A DNA stretch of 64,000 nt, taken from positions 1,054,001 to 1,118,000 of the forward strand of contig CM102288.1 of NCBI GenBank assembly GCA_046563655.1. Direction: 5' to 3'. Position numbers and translations under genes: made by a program. Source of the stretch: Yuukianura sp. NJ FZ-2021. Taxonomy: Eukaryota. Positions 27,401 to 40,679 of the stretch are shown here, piece by piece. Within the stretch, counting starts at the first letter, position 1; every line of letters starts with the position of its first letter. Below the pieces are notes generated by a model that saw only the letters and a list, made by a program, of their open reading frames with translations, searched no databases and had not been told where the DNA came from.

Positions 27401-28408
27401 AGACAGCGAGTCTGGCTTGATTCCACCGCAAAATTGTAAACTAACGTACGTCAATTCATACTTCTTCCCAAGCGATAGCGTTAGAGTGACATTGTCTGCG
27501 TCAAGTGCAAAGGGATTGGACTGCCAACAAGTAAGATTATTCGGATTATTCAGATCTGTCATGAACGAAGGCGGATGAGCCTTCTTTGGATTAGTCGCAT
27601 CACAAATGTGACAAGTCGGCAGTAATTTACTGCGTCCAGAAGACATGCCTAAACCATCACTGCTGATGCTGCGTTGAAACCGTGGATTCTGACGCACTTT
27701 TGACTTGCGTCGATTCTGACGTTTGGGATTGGCTGATTTTGGAGGAGGCGGAGTCGTCGTGGAAGTTGTCGTGGATGGGGGTGACGCAGGACTGTCTTCT
27801 TGATCTTGATCTGCAGATTCTTGATCTTCTTGATCTGCAGTAGAAGATGAGGCTGATGATGGCAACTCTTCTTCATCTTCCTCCTCTTGACTAAAATCTG
27901 CTTCACTAAATAATTTAATTGGATCTGAAATTGGAGAAAAAGTTTTTGGAAAGTCGGAAGAGTCTCCTGGATTTGAATTTGTACTGGAAGTACTTGGGAA
28001 TTTGTCAAGTGGTTGGCCACCATTATTGCTCGAAATGCTTGTTCTTTCACCCAATTGACTCTGGAGATTCGGAGTGTGCTGGAGAACTGCTGGAGAAACT
28101 GGAGACTGTAGAATTCCTACTCCAATTCCATCCGATAGAAAGCACATCTTTGCTGGAAGTTTGGTTCCACATGTATGACTGGCTGTAATTTCTTTTCCAA
28201 ATGCAGCATTCACAAAGTCTGGAATACATTTTCGAGGACGCAGTTGACTTGAAGTGGTAGAAACTTCTTCGTAACAAGGATCCGAGTAGGGACTGGTCCC
28301 TTGAAGTCCAAAAATTTTAAAATAGTTATTTGAACATGACACGGAAGTGACCATGATCAAAACAAAACAGAAATGAACCCATGTCCTCACGGTTTTCAAA
28401 TTCTTCAT
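12473..28408 (-). CDS. Net: Netrin (signal peptide, laminin N-terminal domain VI, three laminin-EGF repeats, NTR/C345C domain), about 13 coding exons
   Basis: DPCY...[30 protein letters not shown] [136 protein letters not shown]. Confidence 0.95.
25527..25735. mobile_element. Degenerate hAT-type MITE in a netrin intron
   Basis: 8-bp direct repeat CTAATTAG on both sides (25519-25526, 25736-25743). The right end reads CAGGGCTGTCAAAAATAT inward and the left end is decayed (CACATTTGCCAAAAATAT). Same terminal motif as the element at 62792. Confidence 0.7.
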
Positions 28409-29988
28409 CCTTACTTTCACTTTTTTCCCAAGATTTTCACATTTTGAAAAAAAATTAGCCGTTCCCGTTTGACCTCCTCGAGAAACACCAAATTTCCAAA
28501 ATTTCAACTTTCACCCTCCGTTTCATTTCGGGTACAACTGTTCTAAAATTTTGAAAACACAACTTTTTAGTCCAAAATGACGTCTGTTCCTTCCGAATTC
28601 CAAAGTGAGACTAACTTGCTCTGTGCTAAGGTTGCAGCACGAGTTGGTTTTCGTTCTGGAGCTGAAGGGAGAGATGCTGCTGAGGTAGATGCTTGAAACT
28701 GAAGTGATCTGAGAGGTTCCTTGGTTCATTTGAAAATGAAGCAAGCGCTTGGTTTCGGAAGAATGTTTTTCCGCTTCTGTCCAAGTGGAGGGCGATGGTA
28801 TGCATCCCTTGCTCTGCAAAGCAAAAGAAGTTCTTAAGGGTTAAGTAATTTCAGTTTTTATGATCTGTGGCCCACCTTCCAAAACAAGATACTAACCTCC
28901 ACTTTACGCCCTCTCACACCTTCCTTAAGTCTCTCTTCCAGAATATCTTGACTCCTTTTAATTAACAGATTATCTCCATACATAGTTACTGCACTAGTAA
29001 ACCTAAAGAAACTACGTGTGCAGTGTACTGGAAGAATTATTTAGACATGTTTCCGAATTTGATCAACTCAACAACGTCGTTTGGCGCAATTTTTCCTGCG
29101 AAACACTTCAACTTTGTATAAAAAAAAATTATAAAGTGTTTAGAAAACACGAAAGAATTTGATTAGGTTGATTATCATTGCGAAATGTCATTTTGAAATA
29201 TAAAATCAGCATTTTGAAACTTTAATTGAGACTTTCGTTTTACGAAAAAATTGTTGGCGATTTAAAAACAACGGAAAAAGTAAATTTTCATACTGAAAAA
29301 TTGGATTATGATAAAAGTTGTTTTCATGTTTTCGAATTTTGAATTTTGAAAAATGGGATTTTTTTTTGAAAATGCAAGTGAATGAAGAATGCCGACCAAA
29401 AGTTGGCCCGAAGGAGGGTGGAATTCCATTGAAAATTTAAGTAATTTTACGCCAGGTGAAGAACACAATGGAATTGGGAAGTGTTGTGTAAGATACAAAA
29501 TTTTGGAGAGATGCAGAATGGAATTTTGGTCAAAAACGGATATTTTGAAAGAGATTTTGAGGTTTAGTTTCCCTATTTGATTCTCAGGAAAATTGAAAAC
29601 ACGAAGTAACTTTGTGAGATGTAAAGGAAATGTGGGGGATTGAAAACCTTGTTCGATAGACTTTGTTTGGAATGTTATTTTCCATTGTAACGTTGGAGGT
29701 AAAGTGAAGAAAGTTTGGTGATGACAATAAGTTTTAAGGTTGAGGAAACCAAACAATGACACAGTTTAAGGTCAACTTCCGTTGTTATACGACAGTTTTA
29801 CGGCGCAGGGTTTACTACTTGTTCAAACTGAAAGTTTTCAATGAAGCAAACTACAGCATGAAATGAAAACATAACTACAAAATCTAGAATAAAAAAGAAT
29901 TAATCTATACTTTTTAAATCTGGCACTTCCTGGACTTACCAAACTTGAACATTTTCAAACTTTTTTTTTGAAAAGTTAAAAATTTTGG

Positions 29989-32194
29989 TCAATCTCTTGG
30001 AATAAACCGAATTCGGAGCGGATGTTTCGGAAAAAGAAGTGTCGAATACTTTTGTTCCATTTGCGCATTCGGATCGACCAGTTCCAGACGAAAAGATTGC
30101 AGCATTCGGACCAATGCTGTCCACAGATCCTGTTCTGCAAAGCGTCTTCCAGCGCACATGCGCGTCCCGTGTCCAAATGGAGTCAATACAAATGGATGTG
30201 GAGTGGGTTGACCTTGAACTGACGATCCGGAAGACGCCGATCCGGCAGAAGCCGATCCGGCAGATGCCGAACCATCCCGAAGCCATCTCTCTGGACTAAA
30301 TTTTTCTGGATCTGAAAAGTGCGTTGGAGATTTAAACTGAACGAATTGATTCAAATCCACATGCGTCTGAAAAACAAGTTTTTAATTACAACTTGCATTT
30401 TTCAATAAAAAGTGTAACTTTTTTTTCTCTTTTTAAAATGCTCACCCCTGCAGGTACTTTGTAATTGCTCAAAACCAAATCAACTGGAATGATGCGTGAA
30501 ACTTCTGTACTGATAGTCAAAACCCTAACAAAAACACATTCCTCACAGATTTTAAAATTCTTCTAAACTTCAAAAAAACAAACTCAAAATTCCAAAAATT
30601 GAAAACACGAACGAACCTAAATGTTTCCTTCACAGTTGCTTTTAAGTAAGACAGACGATTCAACACGTCAACACTCATGACTTCGTCAGATGAACTCATG
30701 TTTTGACAAATTTCTTTGTAAACTTTGTCTTGGATATCCGGATACTTGGCCAGATTGTACAGATTGTACATCATAGTTGGAGCTGTCTAAAAACCAAAAC
30801 CAGTTTTTCAATTACTAAACTTCTTAAAAATTTCAATTTTTACAGTTGTTAGTCCATCAGCAAATAGCGACATTGTAATAATCCGGACATCTTCATGACT
30901 CAATTCCTTCCGAGACATCAAATACGACACGAAATTGAATTGTCCATCTTTTAACTGCCCAGTTTCAACAAGTTCTTTGATTTTTGTCACAGTTCTCTCC
31001 AGATATTTAAAAGCTTGTCTAGAAAAATGACAAACATTTTGCAAATTATGACTTTTCAAAACTAAATTTAAAAATTTACCCCACGAAGAAATCTTCGGCG
31101 GCTTCAAATCTTTTCCACTTCGGTGTTGGAATGTGGTTGTGCAGACCCATGCTAAATTTGAGCTCGGCGCTTAATTTAAAAATTTGATTGTTTGCTTCGA
31201 TCATTTTTTCAGCAAGTTTTTCCTGTCCATCCAAACATCCAAGGCTAGTTTCAAAACAAACCAATCCCGAAGCTATTTCAACAAAAAGTATCAAACTTTA
31301 AAAATGAGTTTTTTTTTCGTAGCAGGTGAAATGGGCAAATTTGGTCAAAACGTGAAAAGGTCAAAAAATGAAAATGTCAACCACTACAAATAAGATTATA
31401 TTAATAAGCTTTCTAATGTTTTGATCTTTTTTTTTTGACCAAATTGTTTTTGACCAAATTACATGGAGCCTTTTCTTTTTAGAAAAAACTGGTAAGCTTA
31501 CATTCTAGAATCCATTTGCTAACAAGCATTTGTAAATTTTGAATTTCCTTGTCCTCCTTCAGCAGTGCTTTGATTTTGTTCACAAATGTTTTAGCTGCAG
31601 TGTCAATAAGCGGTAAATAATGTTGTACTTCCTTCGGTCGCATCATCATTTGTTGAACAGCACTGCGCAGACGATACCACTCCTCTCCATTCCTTGAAAA
31701 CAAACACCTAATTGTTACTAAGCGGTATCGATTAACCGAATTACTTAAGTTAACTAATTATTGATCTTTACATATTTCCTAATCCGGGCGTTAAATTCCT
31801 CTTTTGACGATACTGTCGAGCTGCTGGTTGTAACGGCGGCACTTCCGGAGTCTTTCCACCAACTCCAAATACTGTTTTGGCATCTTCAGGTTCAAAGACG
31901 TGCACAACCGTGTAAGATCCAATTTGTTGTCGCACAATCGGTCCATACTTTTTATACAATCTCTCCAGTACCAAATGGTACTCGTCCAATTTATAATAAC
32001 CTTGAAAAAAGTCAAATTTTCAAGAATTTTCACCTTCGAATTCTAAAAAAATGATAACAATTGTTACCTAATTTGTAAAGAGGCAGATTTCCAAACACTG
32101 GAAATCTAAATGGTCCAGGAATTTCAGAAAATGGTTTGACAGCAGTTGATGATGACGCTACGCTGGAGAACAATTTAGCACTTGACCTCTGCAT
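29989..32194 (-). CDS. Mitochondrial-clan cytochrome P450 (CYP44-like)
   Basis: Ser/Arg-rich leader followed by KPFSEIPGP; GEEWYRLRS; I-helix LFADGLTT; K-helix YLKATVKETFR; PERW; heme motif PFGHGTRMCAGRRFAEQDL. Introns are canonical. Confidence 0.9.
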
Positions 32195-32357
32195 TTTCTT
32201 TTAATCTTACTCGCTTTTTAACAATATGCATTCAATTTTCGATTAACTTTTTAATGAAATCTTACAGTGAAAGATGAGCTGGACTTGTGGAGATGAATGT
32301 GTATCTACCGCAACTTGAGTAAGGATAGCCTCTATAGATGTTGAATGTGACTTTACA

Positions 32358-32370
32358 AGGTCAAAGGTCA
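32358..32370. promoter_or_regulatory. Perfect nuclear-receptor DR1 element AGGTCAAAGGTCA upstream of the P450 start
   Basis: Exact AGGTCA-n-AGGTCA about 165 bp upstream of the ATG at 32194. Confidence 0.4.
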
Positions 32371-32694
32371 ACCCCAATCTTCGTATTACTCATGCCTCCA
32401 CTTACTCCCTTCACAGTGTACACACTTGCATGTAGAGACAAAAAAAAGTAGAAGGGAAAATGGTCAAAGTAATTTGATCAAAAAGTGAAAAGGTTGAGAT
32501 GCACGAATTTTTCAGTTTTTCCGACATTTCAAAAATACAACTCTCCAGATTTTTTTTCCCAAGAGGTTAGAACACAACAAACGAAAATCTATCACATTAT
32601 TTTTCATCTAAATAAAATTTTATTTGAATTATGGCATACAATTTTAGAGAGCAACTAATCTAACCTCTACTTGTACGAATCTAAGTTCAGTTGA

Positions 32695-35419
32695 TTAAAA
32701 AGAACAAGGTTCATTTTCGAATTTTAAATGCTTAAATGCATCGTCCAAGTCTCCGTCTACTTGCTCTTGTTCAACACTGTCGTTCTCGTCTTCTGGTTGC
32801 GCAAATGCTTCGTCCAAGTTGTCACCAGGATTCACAAATTCTAGCTTTAGCAATTCGTAGCTGAATGCTGTCCGTCGAAGTGCTGGAACATCGCAGGCTA
32901 AAAAGATGTATGGCCTTCCGTGGTCCATGTCATACTGAAGATTGGTCACGACCAACCAAGGATTTGGCAAGATATCGACCAGACTAATCTTGCGAATAAC
33001 TTCAAATTCAATCTGCCCTCGAGCACATACCGTTGGCAAACGGTTATTGAAGATCTGTGTAGGTTGAATGTAGTTCAGCTGGCAAATGTAGATGTTCAGA
33101 TTGGTAGCGAAGGCGAAGAACAGTTCTGTTTGCGGTACAACATGAACTAAAGTTTCTGCAGAAGACCCCGAAAACAGCGTCGTAGTCAGATTTTGGTAAA
33201 TCCAGACATGTCCAGGCCCAGAGTAAAGAACAGCCAGCCAGGATTCGTTCCAAAACACAACCATGTTCTGTTCAGCCAAACTTCCAGTGAATCTTCCCAG
33301 GCGAAGCGACAACGAAACGTTGTGAATCGGAGTCATTTTGGGGTCGAACGTTTCGACCTTGGCAATAGTATCTCCTTCAGCATTCGTTTCTCCAAAACGA
33401 ACTTCATACGATGTGTTGATGGGTGAAATTAGGCAGAATACAGGCACATCCGAGGGCGATGTTACGTAGGGGTTCCGAAATTTTAGGCGGAGTGCTGGCA
33501 AGTACGCTTTGGAATCGACATCGCTGATGGTCCAAGCGTTGTACAACTCTTGGTTCAGCACGACCCTCTTGAGTACTCGTGTTTTCACGTCGCCGGTTAC
33601 CGGGTCAAGACGAACGTCAAAAATTACGATAGTGTCTGGGTCTAGCCAGACTCCAAGCTTATTTCTGAAAACACAAAATTAAAACCAGTAATCAAACATG
33701 AATTAACATTTTCGACTAATAAATGGATGTTTCGATGGTTTACCCCCAAATGGCATAACGATTTTCACTTGCTAGTGCTGGAAATAAACGGTACATTCGG
33801 GGTAGCTGAAGTGGTACCCTTGTAAGGGTACCCTGATGTAAGGGTGCCAAGGCGATGTGGTGTGTGGTAGTGATGATCAAAAGTACTGAAGGCTTCGGAG
33901 GAACTGCGTCAGGGTAGTCAGATGGACACAAAGGAATTGGTAGATTCACAGCTCTAACAGTCCGAACTTTTTCATGGCCACCCAAAACTTGTAGTCCACG
34001 ACGATAGGTCCTCATGTTTTCAAAAATGTAGAGATGTTCCTGGTCACCGAGACTTGTACAGGGCGACCGAAGATGGAAAAGAGTTGAGCCAGTGGTTGAG
34101 GTCATCTTGATTGGATAAGAAGCCTTAGCAACCTTCTCTTTGAAAGCCATCGTGACTTCATTTTTGAGCAGATTCTGAACTTCAATCAATCGAGTTACTT
34201 TTAGTACGCCAAGACATCTATCACGCAACTGGCAGACGGAACAGTAAACATGTCGCCATTTCTCGTCCAACATTGTCTTGCTAGGATCCTTGCAAGTCTT
34301 GTATTCCTTGGTGTATCTCAAATACTCTTCAACGGTAGATGCATAGCTTGCAAGGGACCTGATTACTTGAGAACGAGGAATTTCAGCGAAACATTTTCTC
34401 AGCCAATACTTCCGTCCCTAATAAAATCACATCAAGTTAGTATGATATACGAACTAAATCAAGAGGAATTGTCTAGCAGTTAAGGACGTGTGTTATGCGT
34501 CTAATAAACAATAATCGTTAAATTTAGTAACCACGATAACGGAGCTTGTGCAGTTAGTAAAACATGCAGACATCGACAAAAAGAAACACCCTTAAGTGAG
34601 TGGTGAAAAAGGATCAGTGGAAAGATGATCAAAAAAAGTATGCACTTTGAAACAAACAAACTACTGACACAAGTTCGGTTGCCGTCGTCTGGGTTTTAAA
34701 ATAACTTTTCCGAGACAGTGACATTGAAATTGAAAAATGGCGTGGCTCAGCGTAGGAAGGTCGTACAATGACCCACAATATATCAAACTTTAGGAAAAGA
34801 CTTGATCTAGTACCCTGTCGGAGAAAATTACACAATTTTAGTTCTAACTGTGAAAAAAATTGACTCAAACATTCCACCCCCATATTTACATAGATAGAAC
34901 TAAAATTTTGTAATTTTCTCCGACAGGGTACTAGATCAAGTCTTTTCCTAAAGTTTGATATATTGTTGGTCGACCTTCCTACGCTGATCCAGACCATTTT
35001 CCATTTGATGAGTTACAGCCGCATTTTGACCCCCCGTTTCCAGGGTGTTCGCACACCTTAACAACTTACAATTTTTCCAACCAAAACCTCGTCCACAAAG
35101 GCTTCCATCCGAGGTGACATTCCTCGCAAGGTAAGTACGCTTGGTCCATCCAAGTATGAAAATATGTGTTCTAGTACACCGACAGGGAGTGTCGTGAGTT
35201 CAAACAATTGATGTACCGGAGGGACTTGGAATGTAACCGTTTTCTTCTTTTCGATGGCCCCGCTCGCAACAGTGTCGTCAGGGTCAGGTAGAGTTTTCAT
35301 TGTGTCATTATTCCAATAAGCATCAGCGGACGTGCTTCTCCTTGAGTTCTAAAATTATAAACATTTGATATCTAATTTATTTTATATACATTTATTAATG
35401 TTGTCTAAGACATTACCAT
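32695..35419 (-). CDS. F-box domain protein (host), 4 coding exons
   Basis: Exons 35419-35417, 35348-35070, 34417-33744 and 33664-32695 splice in frame. N-terminal F-box LTTLPVGVLEHIFSYLDGPSVLTLRGMS...YWLRKC, then a beta-rich C-terminus. Confidence 0.75.
34747..34987. mobile_element. Foldback/palindromic MITE-like element in an F-box gene intron
   Basis: Near-perfect inverted arms of about 95-100 bp (34747-34846 and 34895-34987) around a 48-bp spacer. Degenerate pairing extends to about 34727/35006. No TSD identified. Confidence 0.7.
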
Positions 35420-36173
35420 TTTAAGGGAAGAATATCAGTTGAAACGGAAATCAGTTACAGAGTGGTGTAAGTGTTGTTAAATAAAAGAAAGTTACAGAGG
35501 AATAAATTAGTGACACCCGAACAGTTCAATCGAATGGCGACGTTTCGCTTTTCAGTGTTCCTCAAACACGTTTCATAAATGAATTGAATGATTGAACTCG
35601 ACAAACGAATGAATGACGATAAGAAAAAAATGACAACAAAAGAAAACATGAGAAAATAGTACGCCTGTGCGGATAAAAAAAAACACACGCATGCGCGCCC
35701 ATCATTTGTACTCCCGCTTTTTTGTAATTCGTAATGAGCGCCTATTCGTTATGATTTTCGTTTTTTTTAAATTGCTTTGCAGTTCTTTTTTTGCAAAAAT
35801 ATTTGAATTAAACTACAATTAGGTTAATTATTAAACTGAGACTTTCCTTGTAAATTTAAGCGAAAGTGAAAATTATCATTGACCGCGTAGCTCCAAAAAA
35901 ATTCAGTTGAAAAGTTAAACTTTCACTGGTTTCAAACATCTGTTTTTGTTTACAAAAGCACCAGTTTGACGTCACCACCAGTTAAACTCCCGTTCAAGCA
36001 AAACTTGAAATTTTTGGTACAGGTGATGCGATCGGTACCTGTACTTAAATAATCGTGTTAATTAAATTAATGTTTAGAGAAATTAAACTTTTTTAAAATG
36101 ACGATGACTAATAAAAAAAAGTGTTGGGTAGCATGTGGTTCTACTCAAGTAAATTCTAGCAGTTACATGTCTT

Positions 36174-36267
36174 GCTCTAGTAGCATAATCGGTTAGTGCA
36201 CTGTACTTATAATCAGTACAAGTTGTAAGCTATGCAGGTTATGTGGGTTCGAATCCCACCTAGAGCA
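36174..36267 (+). tRNA. tRNA-Ile (anticodon TAT) with an intron of about 20 nt
   Basis: Acceptor stem GCTCTAG/CTAGAGC, D arm GCAT/GTGC, anticodon arm CTGTA-CTTATA^A-TGCAG, T arm GTGGG-TTCGAAT-CCCAC, downstream T run. Confidence 0.85.
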
Positions 36268-37022
36268 TTAATTTTTGCCACATGATCAAATTTTTTGCTT
36301 CTTAAATGGAGGATAGGGTAAAGAAATGCCTAGTGTGACATTTAGTTTCAGTTGACATCAGTTATGAGAGGCGTCAAAATTTAGCAATGTTTATTGTTAC
36401 GTGTATTTTCATGGGGGGAGAAAACTCAGCAAAATAGGACCATCGCAAAACACTCACTTTCCATTTCAGAGTGGTTCAAACGTCGGCCCTACAAATCCCA
36501 CCCGCCCGGTCTTACAACAGTTCAAATGGTTTTAAATTAGTAAGTTTCATTCGATTTTTACTGTGATTAATCACAATTAAAATCGGATGAAATAAGTTAA
36601 AAAATGCAATAGTAAAACTTACTTTCAATTTGTGTTGGACTTGTACTAACATTTCTTTGAATTAGGAACATCGAAAAATTATTCCGTTTTTTTATTTTGT
36701 TTATTTTGTTTTGTTTTTTCCTTTGTACTACTGTGAATTTGACGATTGGAATATGCCGATACATGGGTATAGTCCGAGTTCGGCGGGTGTTTGAATTTTT
36801 TTTGATGCTTGAGTTGACTGACACTTGATAAGTCATGAAAATACAAAATTCCTAAAATCAGATGATTTGGAACATGGAATTCGAAAGCAATTAATTCAGC
36901 GTTTTCACCGAGGCTGAGCCAGACGAGACCGTGTGTGTGGAAGTCGGATCAGTACTACTTTGTCTACATTCTGTACATTCTGCGTGAATCGACGTAAGTA
37001 ATTGAATTTACTGTAATTAGTA

Positions 37023-40000
37023 ATGAGTTGGTTCCAGTCTTCTTCCAGTTTTGCAAGTCTTGCTAAGAATGCACTGAAAGAAGCACAGAAAACGATTGAT
37101 AAAGCTTTGGACATCAAAGATGATAATGTCGGTGTCGGTGGTGACGGCAAGGGCATTAATGCAGCTGTATCTTCGGTAGCAGGTAGGGTAATACTTGCAT
37201 AATTTTTATTATCCTCCCATCTAAATATTTTTTACTTGTTTATGTTAATCCAATTCTTTTTCAGATGCAGCGACAGAATTCTTTTCGTCGTGGAGCACTT
37301 TTTCCGGAACAAGTACAACCTCAGATTCTAGTAATGCAGACGACAGCGATACGACATTAGTTTCTTCAGGTTCAGAGAAGATATCAGCCCCATTGCTGGC
37401 TATTACCACAGTTCCACCTAAAGGAACTTCCGGAACTGCCTTACTATCCCTTACCCCAGTCGCAGTAAAATCAATCGTCGAAAGTACGACAGCGGACGAC
37501 GGCGATTTAGTACCAATTCAACCTAAACGTGTGGAGGAAGTTGGTGATGGCACACGGATTGTTGTAACTACTGCCGAAGATGGAACTCAACCAGCTAAGA
37601 AATCCTCAAGCGATGAACTCCAAACTCAACCGCATGTTCTGGATGCATCGGATTCCTTTGAAAGCTCCGTTGATACTTCATCTACCAGTACCACCGTAGA
37701 AGTTGTAGAAGACTCGCATGCTACTAAATCCACCAAATCAGTCGTTGACGAGTCCAGTTTATCCGAACCTGTCTTAGAAAATACCTCAGAGGAAAGTACT
37801 TGCTCAATTGTGAATAACGATGAGCCGTTGCTGATCGTTAGTCAATCGTCACCACAGACAAACGAAGTACATCCTGCTGAAGATGAAGAACCAGCATTGC
37901 CTTTAAATTCAGACACGGTGCCAGATCCAGATGAAGGTCAAGGTCAGGATGATGATTCATCTTCTACGCTAGTAGTAGTTGAGGGATTAAATTCTACTAT
38001 GTTGCTATCAGAACCGGAAGTGTCTCATCCGGTACAAGCAGAGCTAGAGTCGGAGAAAGGCGAATCCATCACAGTTTCTCCGTCGTTACCAGAACCACTG
38101 GATTTTCCGTCAACTGAAACGCTAGAGTTTGAATCCGAAGCGGAACCGAGCTCCTCAAAATTGTCAGTATCTAGTCGAGCTACAAGCTCAATTTCAGTAA
38201 TAAGCGAAGAAAAGGATACAACATCTTCTTCACCTCAAATCTCTCCAGCATCTCAAGATAACTTGAGTTCATCATCAGTGGAGTCACCTTCATTTGAAAT
38301 AGTTTCTATGCATCAAGTTCATCAGATTCCACACATGAGTACACTGGAATTTCTTACTTCATCTCACCACCATCCGTCCTCAATTGTCCACTCGCTCCAA
38401 TCAACTCCAGATCGTGGAACTCCTCTTACCCATTCAAGATCAAATTCCAATACTTCATCAAGTTTCGATCGAGTTGAAGATCCAAATACCAGACCTTCGA
38501 AATATACTGGACACAATTTCATTTCTTCAACTTCCTCTTCAGACATTGAAGTCATTCCACTTCCACTTCATTCTAATGAAAACCTTCATCTTCTTTATCC
38601 AAAACGAAAAAGTGTAATAGACATAGAGACGCAGACAACCGATACTTGGACGGACATGGCCGAAGTAAAAGAAAAAGTAGTTGAAATGATTCCAGCCAAA
38701 ACTTCGGCACTACTGGCCGAAAAAGACTTTGAAATCACACAGCTGAGAGAAGAAGGCGAAAAATTGTCCAAGAAACAATTTGAATTGAGTACAGCTATCA
38801 AAAAGCTACGCCAAAAAGAAAAAGATACAGATACGACTGTAAAGTCATTGAAGAGTGACCTTGTGACGAAAAACGTTGAAATTGAAAGAATCACGAAAAC
38901 GTTACTGGCAAGGGAGAGTCAGGAGTTGGTCCACAATGAAACAATCAGTAAGCTCAATTCAGAAAATAGGAAACTCTTGAATACAATCAATCAGCTGCGA
39001 TCGGATTTAGAGGATTCGACACATCACGCTAGTTCCATGAAGGCATCGCTCGAAGAAGCTTCATTGTAAGTCTTAGTTTACGCAAAGTTGTAATGATATT
39101 TTGGTAACTTTTGCCTTTTTGTTTTACTTTTAGAGAAATCCTCCAGCTCCAGAACGCAGTTTCATCTGTACAGCGTGACACAGCCGAAGTGGACCAACTT
39201 ACTAAACTTCACGGAGAATCTAAGAATCGTGCCGAATCTCTACAGAAAGAAGTTGAGTTACTGCGGGAATCTATAAATTCCATTCAAACTAGAAATACTT
39301 CGCGTGAGAATGAACTGAAAACGCAAATTCATAGTTTAACTCAACATGTTCATCGGTTGGAAAATCAACTAGCTGACAATTCTTCTGAAGTTGCTGATGC
39401 CACTATGCCCCTGTCTCTTGAAATTGAGAAATTGCAACAAGAACTACGGACTTCCACGCAGTCATTTTCCAGAAGGGAGTCCACTTTCCTAACTAAACTT
39501 TCAGAACTTGAAGACAAACTTTCTGTGCAGCTGGAAATTGAAAAAGAGCTGAAATCTAATGAAACGAAACTCCAGAAATCCATAGCAAGTCTCCAAGAAC
39601 AGAATAATCGACTGCAAGAAGAAAACGTTTTACTATCGTCTCGGATAGCTACTGAAAATACTCTGCAGTCGAAGTATGCAAAACTAGAGTCAGAGTCGTC
39701 GTCACTTCAACAAGAACTCAACTTGCTGACCACTGAAATGTCAACCCTAAAAAGTCAAAATGAGAATCTAAGTACTGAATTAGCGACTCTCCGGAGTAAC
39801 TTACAAGCCGAAACGAAACGGAATCAGCAACTTAGCGAGCAATTAGTCCGAAGTAATCAGAATAATCCTTACGTCGATAGAACGTCAATCTCTTCAGCAC
39901 AGCAAGATAGAGGGTCAAGCAATAACAGTCCACGTTCTGTGACCTCTGAAGCATTAGGTTTAGACGATGTCATTCTGGATTCAGGGTGGCAAAATCCAAG

Positions 40001-40679
40001 CTTAACTCCAAAGTCATACTTTGACTCGTTCCCTTCCGTCAATTACATCGAAAATCTCCAGGGGCATCTAAAACAAAAGGAACTGGAGCTTCTGCAACTG
40101 CAACATGAAGTCAGTCAAACTGAAAAAATTAGAAAGTCACTCAACGACGAAATTGCTCAGTTGACTGTGACTAATCAAGAGCTTGTACAAAGGCTGGAGA
40201 AGCAGGAACAACTTGAGCAACGGTTAGAAGAACTGGATCAAAACTATAACGCTATTCTTCAGGTAAGTTAATCGATTACTTAAAATAGTGTGAAGTATAG
40301 TCCTATGATTAGAAACTGAGATTTGGACGGCGACTTGGAAGTGACGACGTTTTGGAAACGATTCGTTGACCTTTCTAAGCTGTATGATATTAAGCGATTC
40401 ACCTTGATCTCTGAGGAAAATTAATGTTTTCAATTGATAATTAAGATGTTTTGCACAAACAGCGCTGTAAAATTGTATTGTTTTTTTTTAGATGTACGGA
40501 GAGAAGGTGGAAGAGACTGAAGAACTTCGGATGGACCTGGACGATGTGAAGGAAATGTATAAAGTTCAGGTGATTTCAATTACTTAATTGTTATTGTGAT
40601 GTTTAATTAAAATGTGGGTTACTGTTAACTTTTTTTTTCTTGGTTTTAGATCGAACAACTTTTGAAAAAGGCTTCTTGA
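37023..40679 (+). CDS. TMF1: TATA element modulatory factor (golgin TMF1), 5 coding exons
   Basis: N-terminal MSWF...ASLAKNALKEAQKTIDKALDI; LAEKDFEITQLREEGEKLSKKQ...IKKLRQKEK; long coiled coil; C-terminal YNAILQMYGEKVEETEELRMDLDDVKEMYKVQIEQLL. Confidence 0.92.
40301..40417 (+). ncRNA. Candidate intronic box C/D sno/scaRNA, putative guide for U2 snRNA 2'-O-methylation
   Basis: C-like box ATGATTA (40305), C'-like ATGATAT (40384), D box CTGA (40411), short terminal stem TCC/GGA and a long G-U-rich internal hairpin. The D box lies about 75 nt upstream of the 3' splice site, in an enlarged 229-bp intron. Confidence 0.6.

Noticed and set aside
28523..29762. ORFs 28523-28819 and 29262-29762 upstream of netrin
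   Set aside because: No recognisable domain. The positions fit netrin 5' UTR/intron and intergenic DNA.
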